This document shows, in pieces, positions 45,473-52,936 of a stretch of 52,936 nucleotides of DNA. The stretch lies in the NCBI GenBank assembly GCA_041946805.1, contig JBHGBC010000022.1, forward strand, positions 1 to 52,936, read 5' to 3'. Position 1 is the first letter of the stretch. Each line of letters begins with the position of its first letter. Source of the DNA: a bacterium. GTDB taxonomy: Bacteria > Hinthialibacterota > Hinthialibacteria > Hinthialibacterales > Hinthialibacteraceae. The notes beneath the pieces were generated by a model. It was not told the origin of the DNA, searched no databases, and saw only the letters and a program-made list of their open reading frames with translations. The translations under genes were made by a program, and so were the position numbers.

Positions 45473-45772
45473 TCATCCGGCTTCGGATTCCAGCGCGGAG
45501 AGACTGTCCGGATTCAGGCCCAGGAAAAGAATCCGCTTCGACCGGGAGGCCTCTCCGGAAAGAATCGCGAGCCGGCTTTTGGGAACGCCGAAGGTCTTGG
45601 AAAGCAGGCGGAGCAGCTCGGCGTTGGCCCGGCCCCCGGCGGGCGGGGCGTGGAGAGCGATTTTCAGTTCGCCGTCCCCCTCACCCACGATCCGGGAACG
45701 GGCGGACTTGGGAGTCACACGGACGCAGAGCACCATTCCGTCTTTATGTGACTGCCAGCATGTTGGATTCAT
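45473..45772 (-). CDS. DUF167 (YggU/UPF0235) family protein
   Basis: VRVTPKS...LKIALHAPPAGGRANAEL..LSK.FGVPKS...SGEASRSK. Confidence 0.92.
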   Translation of the reverse strand: MNPTCWQSHKDGMVLCVRVTPKSARSRIVGEGDGELKIALHAPPAGGRANAELLRLLSKTFGVPKSRLAILSGEASRSKRILFLGLNPDSLSALESEAG

Positions 45773-47564
45773 ACAGATTATTCACCAGACTGTCTTTATC
45801 GTGAAGCAAGCGGGGCAAGGCTTCGGTGATCCGTTGGCGGATCTCATCCACGGAGGCCATCTCCAGCACCTCGGCGCCGAACTCGCGCAACTGGACCATG
45901 CTCACCGAACGGACCACCTGTTTGATGGCCGGAATGGCGTGGGGAGCCATGGACAAGCTCTCAATCCCCAAGGCCAGTAACACCAGCGCGCAGACCGGAT
46001 CGCTGGCCATTTCGCCGCAGACATCCACCGGCAGGCCGAACTCCCGCCCCGCGTTGACGATCCCGGCGATCATCCGCAGCACGGCGGGATGCAGGGGCTG
46101 GTAGAGATAGGCGATGTTCTCGTTGCCCCGGTCCACGGCCAGCGTGTATTGGATCAAATCGTTGGTCCCGATGCTGAAAAAATCCACCAGGGGAGCCAGG
46201 TCGCGGGCGGTGATGGCCGCCGAGGGGACCTCGATCATGGCGCCCACACGGATGTTTTCGTCGAACGGAACCTCCAGCCGCCGGAGATCCTCCTTGATCG
46301 AATTCAGGATCTTGCCGGCCTGCACCAGTTCCGACCGGCTGGTGATCAGGGGATACATGATCATCAGGTTTTTCCACACGCTGGCGCGCAGGATCGCTTG
46401 CAGCTGCGTGCGGAAGATGGGCTGGTTCGCCAGGGAGAAGCGGATGGCCCGGCAGCCCAGGAAGGGATTCATCTCGTGCGGCGTGTCCAACGAATGGGCG
46501 AATTTGTCCCCCCCGATGTCCAGGGTGCGGATCACCACCGGCTTGGGCGCGAGTTTGGCGGCCACCTCGCTGTAATGGCGGAATTGTTCTTCCTCGGTGG
46601 GAACCGTGTAGGTGTTCAGGAACAAGTATTCGGTGCGGTACAGCCCCACGCCGTTGGCGCGGTACTTGACGATGGATTCCACCTCGGAAGCGAATTCGAT
46701 GTTGGCGGCCAGGTCGATCCGGTAACCGTCCAGCGTGACCGGCTCCAACTCGCCCAGCTGGATGAGACGGGATTGCCGGATTTGGAACCGGTTCTGCCGG
46801 TCCCGGTATTCCTTGAGGTCTTCGGGCGGGGGATTGAGGATGACGAAGCCGGTGTTGCCGTCGAGGATAATGGGATCGTTGTCCTGCGCAAAGCGGGAGA
46901 TGCCAGGGACCCCGATCACCGCCGGGATTTCCAGGGCGCGGGCAAGAATGGCGGTGTGCGAGGTCTTGCCGCCCGCCTCGGTGACGAAGCCCAGCACCAT
47001 GTCCCGGTGCATGGAGGCGGTGTCGGAGGGCGAGAGGTCGCGGGCCACGATCACCGCTTCCTCGTCCAGGTCTTCCAGGGTTTGGGTATGAATCCCGCGC
47101 AGCATGTCCATGATGCGCCGGCAGATGTCCTCGACGTCGGAAATGCGCTCGCGGAACAAATCGGGCAGGCCGGCGTAACGCTTGCGGGCTTCGCGGACCA
47201 CGCTGGCCAGGGCGTATTCCGCGCCGTACCGCTGCTCGCGGATCAGCTGGATGGCGCGGTCGTAAATCATCTTGTCCTCGAGCAGCATCAGGTGCATGGT
47301 GAGGACTTCGGTAAGCGCCTTATCATCCCCCCGCTGCCCTACCCGCCGGCCCAGTTCTTCCAACTTGATCCGGGTCTGCGCCACCGCGTCCTGAAAGCGC
47401 TGCACTTCGGACTGGACATTCTGGGGGATCACCACCGATTCCCCCACATCCAGGGTGGAGACATGGAACAAGCGCACATGGCCGATGGCCACGCCCGGCG
47501 AAACCCCCAGGCCGCGGAGTTTAATCTTCTCCGAATTTCTCTTCCACAAGTTTTCCAATGGCAT
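45744..47564 (-). CDS. ptsI: Phosphoenolpyruvate-protein phosphotransferase (PTS enzyme I)
   Basis: GVSPGVAIG, GGKTSHTAILAR (phospho-His), GVGLYRTE, RTLDIGGDK, NPFLGCRAIR, SIGTNDLIQY, VCGEMA. Start 47564 or 47582. Confidence 0.96.
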   Translation of the reverse strand: MPLENLWKRNSEKIKLRGLGVSPGVAIGHVRLFHVSTLDVGESVVIPQNVQSEVQRFQDAVAQTRIKLEELGRRVGQRGDDKALTEVLTMHLMLLEDKMIYDRAIQLIREQRYGAEYALASVVREARKRYAGLPDLFRERISDVEDICRRIMDMLRGIHTQTLEDLDEEAVIVARDLSPSDTASMHRDMVLGFVTEAGGKTSHTAILARALEIPAVIGVPGISRFAQDNDPIILDGNTGFVILNPPPEDLKEYRDRQNRFQIRQSRLIQLGELEPVTLDGYRIDLAANIEFASEVESIVKYRANGVGLYRTEYLFLNTYTVPTEEEQFRHYSEVAAKLAPKPVVIRTLDIGGDKFAHSLDTPHEMNPFLGCRAIRFSLANQPIFRTQLQAILRASVWKNLMIMYPLITSRSELVQAGKILNSIKEDLRRLEVPFDENIRVGAMIEVPSAAITARDLAPLVDFFSIGTNDLIQYTLAVDRGNENIAYLYQPLHPAVLRMIAGIVNAGREFGLPVDVCGEMASDPVCALVLLALGIESLSMAPHAIPAIKQVVRSVSMVQLREFGAEVLEMASVDEIRQRITEALPRLLHDKDSLVNNLYESNMLAVT

Positions 47565-47802
47565 GAATGGCCTTCTCCGCATCCGGACCCTCGGCCCGCA
47601 CCGTGATCCGGCTGCCTTGTTCCGCCGCCAGGGTCAACACGCCCATGATGCTCTTGGCGTCCGCTTCGAGACCATCCTTTTCGATGTAGACTTCGCAGGA
47701 GAGACGGGAAACCGATTGCACCAGGAGCATCGCCGGCCGGGCATGCAATCCCAATTCGTTGAGAATGGTGAATGTGGCCTGATGTTGGCTGAATTGGCTC
47801 AT
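47521..47802 (-). CDS. ptsH: Phosphocarrier protein HPr
   Basis: GLHARPA (His15) and DAKSIMGV (Ser46). Confidence 0.96.
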   Translation of the reverse strand: MSQFSQHQATFTILNELGLHARPAMLLVQSVSRLSCEVYIEKDGLEADAKSIMGVLTLAAEQGSRITVRAEGPDAEKAIHAIGKLVEEKFGED

Positions 47803-48770
47803 AACGTCGGACGCCCCTCATGCTTGCGCATGGCTTCGATCAATTTCTCGTCAAATTCCCGCGCCATCTGGATGCCGGCCACTTTCAATTTCTGGTCCAG
47901 GGCCGCGATCTCCACGATTGTGCTGATGTTGCGGCCCGGTTTCACGGGGATGGTGTAACAGGGCAAATCGATCCCCAGGATCTTCGTGGTTTTACTCTCG
48001 AATCCCAGACGCTCGTACTCCTTCAACACGTCCCACTCCTCCAGATGCACCACCATGTCCAACTGCTTCGAGATCCGCACCACCCGCGGCCCGTACATCC
48101 GGCTGATGTCGATGATCCCCACTCCCCGGATTTCCATGTGATACGGCACCGGCGAGCGGCCCGTCCCGAACAACTTGGAGAGCTGGCCGCCCCGGATCAG
48201 GATCAGATCGTCGGCCACGAAGGCGTGCCCGCGGTTGATCAGCTCGAGGGCGCTCTCGCTTTTGCCGATCGAACTCGGCCCGGTGATCAGCACGCCCAGG
48301 TTGAAGACATCCATCAGCACGCCCCGCTTGACCACGTAGGGGCTCAATTCCATTTCCAGGTGGTCCCACAGGCGCTTGGTGAAGCGGGTGGTATGGTGCG
48401 CCGACCGGAAGACCGTGACCTGGCAGCGCTCCGCCAATTCCACGACTTCCTCGAAGACCGGCAGGTTGTTGGTGACCACCACGCAGGGCGGCGGCGAGGA
48501 AAAGATCCGCTCCAGGTTTTGACGCACGGCGGGATCGTGGCGGTGGACTTCCAGATAGGCGATTTCGCCCGATCCCAGGATCTGGATCCGGTCCCGCTGC
48601 CATTTCTCGAAAAATCCCGCCATTTCCAGCGCGGGACGGTTGAGTTCCGACCGGACGATGGTCCGGTTCAATCCCTCCCGGCCCGCGATCACGTTCAAAT
48701 CCAGGTCATCCCACTCGATCAGCCGCTTGACGGGCAATGGATCCGGCATCAAGACGCGTTCATCGGTCAT
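47799..48770 (-). CDS. hprK: HPr(Ser) kinase/phosphorylase
   Basis: NRPALEMAG, GVLITGPSSIGKSESALELI.RGH.FVADD, MEIRGVGII, IPVKPGRN. Confidence 0.95.
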   Translation of the reverse strand: MTDERVLMPDPLPVKRLIEWDDLDLNVIAGREGLNRTIVRSELNRPALEMAGFFEKWQRDRIQILGSGEIAYLEVHRHDPAVRQNLERIFSSPPPCVVVTNNLPVFEEVVELAERCQVTVFRSAHHTTRFTKRLWDHLEMELSPYVVKRGVLMDVFNLGVLITGPSSIGKSESALELINRGHAFVADDLILIRGGQLSKLFGTGRSPVPYHMEIRGVGIIDISRMYGPRVVRISKQLDMVVHLEEWDVLKEYERLGFESKTTKILGIDLPCYTIPVKPGRNISTIVEIAALDQKLKVAGIQMAREFDEKLIEAMRKHEGRPTL

Positions 48771-49261
48771 GGTGCACCTGTCGGAGTCTGAGTCTCATTC
48801 AGCTCGCACAACACGGCGTAAAACTCATCCGCGTCCCGGGCTTTCAACAAGGCTTCGCGCGCGGCGGCGCGGCTCAGCAACCGGGTCAGAATGGCCATCA
48901 CCTTCAGATGCTGGCCGGGGGCCGTCCGGGGAGCCAGGATCAGGAAAAAGATATAGACCGGATCCATATCCAGCGCGTCGAAGTCGATGCCTTGGGGCGC
49001 GGTCCCGCAAGCGACGTAGATCTCCTTCACTTCCGCGCATTTGGCGTGCGGCAACGCCACGCCATGGCCGATCCCGGTGCTGCCCACCTCCTCCCGCTCC
49101 AGCAAGGCGTCCAAAATGGCGTCGCGGTGCGGCAGTTTCTTCACGCTGACCAACAAATCCACTAACTCCGCGATCACTTCCTTCTTTGTATGAGCCTGTA
49201 AGGATACCTTGATGCATCGAGGCGAAATCAAGTCCAGTAAATTCATGTCACACGTTTCCAT
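48767..49261 (-). CDS. ptsN: PTS IIA domain protein (Ntr/fructose-type)
   Basis: EREEVGSTGIGHGVALPHAK, GIDFDALD..PV, HLKVMA. Start 49261 or 49246. Confidence 0.85.
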   Translation of the reverse strand: METCDMNLLDLISPRCIKVSLQAHTKKEVIAELVDLLVSVKKLPHRDAILDALLEREEVGSTGIGHGVALPHAKCAEVKEIYVACGTAPQGIDFDALDMDPVYIFFLILAPRTAPGQHLKVMAILTRLLSRAAAREALLKARDADEFYAVLCELNETQTPTGAP

Positions 49262-49331
49262 TCTCCCTGAGTCTCGTTTCCTCCCACGGCCTCACGAGCC
49301 GCGCCGCGCTGGAATCCGCCCGTTCGGATTC

Positions 49332-49889
49332 TCAGGTCTCCAGCTCCGGCTCGATCAGGCCGTAATGGCCGTCATTGCGGCGGTAGATCACGTTCACGTT
49401 CCGCGAGTCCGCGTTCCGGAACACCAAAAAATTCTGGCCGATCAGATCCATCTGCATGACCGCCTCGTCCACGGACATGGGCTTGAACGCCATCCGCTTG
49501 GTAAAGATCACCTGGGGCGAGGGCTTCATCTCCTCGATGTCCTCCCGTTCGAACACCGAGATATTCAGGTTCAAGTCCTTGTCGGGACGGGGCTTCCGCT
49601 GGTGGCTGTCCACCAGGCGCTCCTTGTACCGCTTCAGCTGGGCGTTCAACTTGTCGACTACCAGGTCGATGGACGCGTACAGGTCGGGCGACCGCTCCTC
49701 CCCGTGGATGGTGAACCGGTTGGCGTTGATCGTCACCTCCGCCACTTGTAGAAACTTTTGCGTATACAGCACCACGTGCACGTCGATCACGTAGGGAAAA
49801 TACTTCTTCAACTTCTTTAACTTGGTTTCCACATATTCCCGGATGGCGCCGGAGATCTCGATATGTCGTCCATCAATGGTCAGCTGCAC
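49332..49889 (-). CDS. hpf: Ribosome hibernation promoting factor, long form (HPF/RaiA)
   Basis: GRHIEIS.AIREYV..KL, DLYASID...DKL..QL.RYK, KPMSVDEAVMQM, VIYRRNDG.YGLIEP. GTG start with AGGAGG RBS. Confidence 0.95.
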   Translation of the reverse strand: MQLTIDGRHIEISGAIREYVETKLKKLKKYFPYVIDVHVVLYTQKFLQVAEVTINANRFTIHGEERSPDLYASIDLVVDKLNAQLKRYKERLVDSHQRKPRPDKDLNLNISVFEREDIEEMKPSPQVIFTKRMAFKPMSVDEAVMQMDLIGQNFLVFRNADSRNVNVIYRRNDGHYGLIEPELET

Positions 49890-50151
49890 GGTTCAGTCCT
49901 CCTGTGTTTTTTTCTACTCTCGCCCTGAAACGAAACTCCGGCCGTAGACGCCACGGCCGGACCGAGGATGGAGTCGCGGCAGCCAGGCATACAGGCCACT
50001 CTACTCAACCAGAATCCGCGCCCACATTATAGCCATCCACCCGATGGATTCGGAGACCCGGACGGCAGGAAATCCATTCATGTTTTTATAATCGAAAAAC
50101 ATTCTCTTCTTTCCTAACGGCTCCGCGGAAGACGCCTTTCTTCCCAGGACA

Positions 50152-50176
50152 GGATCCCCGCCTTGGCGGGGATCCA
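50152..50176. repeat. GGATCCCCGC-type palindrome
   Basis: GGATCCCCGCCTTGGCGGGGATCCA, related to 38584-38610. Confidence 0.7.
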
Positions 50177-50537
50177 ACATGGTTTCCCGTAAAAACACTT
50201 GACCACGCGCTCTGGCAAGGATGCGCAGACCGGCTCTGGGCGGGGAGGGGAAAAAAGGATGAAATAGGATGTTTCAAGGTCCTTCCCCCACCCTGCCCCT
50301 CTCCCGGCGGAAAGGATCATTGGGATTGATAATGAGATCCGCGATAAACGGCTCCCGCTCCATCCAAAAGCAACGAGCAGCCTCCGGATAATCCCTTTTA
50401 AAATGACCTGGATCCGGCCTCATCCCTGATTCCGTTTTCCATTGTATTATAAATAAGATCAAATCGAACGTTGATTGCGTCATCCGGTTCCAAAAAGTTG
50501 AATCATTCGATTTCCACGGTCTCCCACGGGGAAAACC

Positions 50538-52936
50538 ATGCTCCGGCGTCTGCGCTCCCATCTCCCGTATTTGGCTTTTCTTTTCCTCCCCATCGTGCTT
50601 TACCATGGGAAGATACTTTTCCAGGGCGAAATCCTCCGCGGCGGCGACCTGATCAACCAGTTCGTGCCCTGGCGGGAATTCGCCCTGCGCGTAATTCGGG
50701 AAGGCCGATTCCCGGCCTGGAATCCCTACGTGTTCTGCGGGACGCCCTTCGCGGCCAACATCCAAACGGCCCTGTTTTACCCCTGGAACTTGCTCCATCT
50801 CTTTTTTTCGGTCGAACGAACCTTCTCGTTATCACTGGTATTCCATCATCTCCTCGCGTTGTTCACGATGTATCTTTTTTTGAATGATCTTTGGAAAAGC
50901 CGGCCGGGCGCGGTGGTGGGCGCCTTGGCGTATGGCTGGTCCGGCTTTTTCATCACTCATGGCCATGACGGGCACCTCATACACGTCCAGGCCTGCGCCT
51001 GGCTCCCCCTGGCCTTGTATGTGCAAACCACCTGGCGGAATGGCTTCCGGTTCCACTCCCTTTTCCTTTTCTCTCTCAGCCTGGCGGCCCAATTTTACGC
51101 CGGGCACACCCAAATTCCCCTTTACGTGTTTTATCTTCTCCTGCTCCGCGCGGCCTGGTGGGGATGGAACGAAGCCCGGGACAAGCGCAACCTCCGCGCC
51201 TTCTTTCCCTATCCCCTCTGGACGGCGGCCGGTCTGGCGCTGGCTGCCGGGCTGGCGGCCCTGGTGCTGCTCCCCTTGCTGGAACTGTCCGGGCGGACCG
51301 CCGGCCGAGCGGGGGGCGCGGATTACGAATTTTCCACGAACGATTCCCTGCCTCCGGCGCATCTCATCACCCTGGCCGCGCCCTTCTTTTACGGCGATCC
51401 CACCCGGCCGGACCGGGAAAGCCAATTTTGGGAAACACGCACGGGCTTTCATGAAATCTGCGGCTATGCGGGTATCTTTACCCTGCTGCTTTGTCTCATG
51501 GGATTTATGCCGGTCCCGGAACAGAACGGAGCCACGGGAGAGCGGTTCGCGCGCCGGGAGTTTTACTTTTTCACCGCGGTGGCCATGGGCGCCGTGTTCT
51601 TTGCCTTGGGCCGATACAATCCGCTGTACGGGCTGTTGTATTCCGGCCTGCCGGGCTGGAAATATTTCCGCGTTCCGGGACGCCTGCTGCTGCTTTTCAT
51701 CCTGGGCGTCTCCACCGGCGCGGCGCGGGGCCTGGCGGTGAGTCTGACGGCGGATTGGAAACAAGCCATTACGGCCTGGCCGGTGAAAGCCGGCGCGGTG
51801 CTTTCGGCTCTTCTCGTCATTGTCACATTGATCGTCGCGGGTTCCCGCCCCGCCATCCTCGCCTGGCTGCGGGAATTCGAAATCGACCGCACGGTGATGG
51901 AATACAACCTCTGGACCGCGCGCCGCGTGGACATCAGTATGCGCTTGCCGGAAATACTCTTCGAAATCCGGTACGCCTGGATGCTTCAATCGCTGCTTAT
52001 GGCCTGCGGATGGCTGGCCGCCGGATGGCTCAGCCTGTACCTGGCCCGCGAAACCAAGCATCCATCCGGTTGGATCGTGTCCGCGGCCGTGGTCTTGGCC
52101 GACCTGCTATTCTTCTCCTGGCGGTTCATCGACACGATGCCGGCCGGAGAATGGCGGCAAACCTACTTTCCCCAAACCGCCCTGGTCACCTTTCTCCAGG
52201 ATAACGCCAAAGGAGCACGCGTGTTGGAGCTGGACGACGCCATCGGCTCCCCCGGCCTCGAATCCCATCCCGAACTGCGCCCCAACCGCCTCATGGGCTA
52301 CGGCATCGAATCCGCCCGGGGGTACGATCCGATCATCCTCAATTCCTTCACCCGCCTGGTCAACCGCATGTACGGACTCGATCCGGACACGCCCCAAGGC
52401 GGCCTGCTCTTCTTCCCCACCCCCCCGCCGGCCGAATTCCTGGACGGATTGAACATCCGCTACCTCATCACCACCCAAGAGTTGAAAGAACCTTTCCAGT
52501 TGGCCTGGCGGGAGGAGAAATCCACGGTGAAAATCTACGAATACCCCGCCGCGCGCCCCCGCGTTTTTCTCGAAAATCCGGCCGGCCGCGGATCGTTGCA
52601 GGTATTGGAATCCCGGCCGGGGAAGATCACGTTCGAAGCGGACCTCCACACCGCGAACCGGATCATCGTTTCTCAAAACCTGTACCCGGGCTGGACCGTT
52701 TCCAGTTCATCCGGATCAACCGCGCTGGAAACCTATTGGGACACGTTTCCCGCCATTCCCCTTTCTCCGGGGAAGCATACCGTCACGCTGACCTTCAACG
52801 CCTTCCTCGGGCGCCCGCCCAGCCGTTTCACCCTGGGGGGAATGGCCACTCTGCTGGCCCTGCTGGCGGGAATGGGGGGAATTATGTTCGATAAAAATCA
52901 AAAATATTTTCAGCCGCGGACGCCTACGACGCATTC
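50538..52936 (+). CDS. YfhO-like (GT-C fold) polytopic membrane protein, 3' end outside the window
   Basis: Translated by hand from ATG 50538: MLRRLRSHLPY...GGDLINQFVPWREF...GRFPAWNPYVFCGTPFAANIQTALFYP..., near the end SQNLYPGW. The frame is open in the last ~140 nt and the ORF track lists no stop-terminated ORF in this frame. Confidence 0.85.
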   Translation, partial: MLRRLRSHLPYLAFLFLPIVLYHGKILFQGEILRGGDLINQFVPWREFALRVIREGRFPAWNPYVFCGTPFAANIQTALFYPWNLLHLFFSVERTFSLSLVFHHLLALFTMYLFLNDLWKSRPGAVVGALAYGWSGFFITHGHDGHLIHVQACAWLPLALYVQTTWRNGFRFHSLFLFSLSLAAQFYAGHTQIPLYVFYLLLLRAAWWGWNEARDKRNLRAFFPYPLWTAAGLALAAGLAALVLLPLLELSGRTAGRAGGADYEFSTNDSLPPAHLITLAAPFFYGDPTRPDRESQFWETRTGFHEICGYAGIFTLLLCLMGFMPVPEQNGATGERFARREFYFFTAVAMGAVFFALGRYNPLYGLLYSGLPGWKYFRVPGRLLLLFILGVSTGAARGLAVSLTADWKQAITAWPVKAGAVLSALLVIVTLIVAGSRPAILAWLREFEIDRTVMEYNLWTARRVDISMRLPEILFEIRYAWMLQSLLMACGWLAAGWLSLYLARETKHPSGWIVSAAVVLADLLFFSWRFIDTMPAGEWRQTYFPQTALVTFLQDNAKGARVLELDDAIGSPGLESHPELRPNRLMGYGIESARGYDPIILNSFTRLVNRMYGLDPDTPQGGLLFFPTPPPAEFLDGLNIRYLITTQELKEPFQLAWREEKSTVKIYEYPAARPRVFLENPAGRGSLQVLESRPGKITFEADLHTANRIIVSQNLYPGWTVSSSSGSTALETYWDTFPAIPLSPGKHTVTLTFNAFLGRPPSRFTLGGMATLLALLAGMGGIMFDKNQKYFQPRTPTTH

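Noticed and set aside
28425..47606. Long antisense ORFs 28425-29768, 30580-32217, 32482-33666, 34988-36277, 40878-41972, 44295-45980 and 46089-47606
   Set aside because: Each mirrors a well-supported gene on the opposite strand.
50832..52676. ORF-track calls 50832-52061 (-), 50884-51741 (+), 51491-52204 (+) and 52107-52676 (-)
   Set aside because: Alternative frames of the YfhO-like gene starting at 50538, which the track omits because its stop lies beyond the window.

Overview
High-GC bacterial chromosomal window with no rRNA, intact tRNA, CRISPR array, transposase or integrase that I can see. The four GspG-like prepilin paralogues, HPrK plus a PTS-Ntr-like operon, and BlaI/BlaR1 suggest an uncultured diderm lineage such as Ca. 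Hinthialibacterota, Sumerlaeota or Omnitrophota; this is inference only. From left to right: (1) 3' end of a CHRD-domain gene. (2) A ~13.5 kb probable defence island: a degenerate tRNA 3'-half (possible att scar), a HEPN remnant, and a minus-strand three-gene operon of a 1.7k-aa YprA/DUF1998 DEAD-box helicase-nuclease, an SNF2 helicase and an N6-adenine methyltransferase (DISARM/Druantia-related, ARMADA-like). (3) An accessory region: LytS/LytTR pair, four pseudopilin-like genes, BlaI plus a BlaR1 with a low-GC beta-propeller sensor, a cobalamin riboswitch ahead of a tandem DUF4430-like exported protein, a vWA-OmpA lipoprotein and a CocE/NonD hydrolase. (4) A myo-inositol cluster (iolA, G, E, D, B, ABC permease and binding protein) with no iolC or iolJ but a divergent transaldolase-family gene overlapping iolB. 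(5) hpf-ptsN-hprK-ptsH-ptsI-DUF167-lipoprotein operon. (6) A YfhO-like membrane protein running off the end. Intergenic spaces contain several REP/palindromic repeat families. Best leads: the three-gene helicase/SNF2/MTase defence system, a possible kinase-independent transaldolase route for inositol catabolism, and a shared C-terminal (S/T)x(V/A)xxWxx(Y/H) tail on unrelated proteins (candidate sorting signal). All calls come from reading motifs by eye; no database searches were run.
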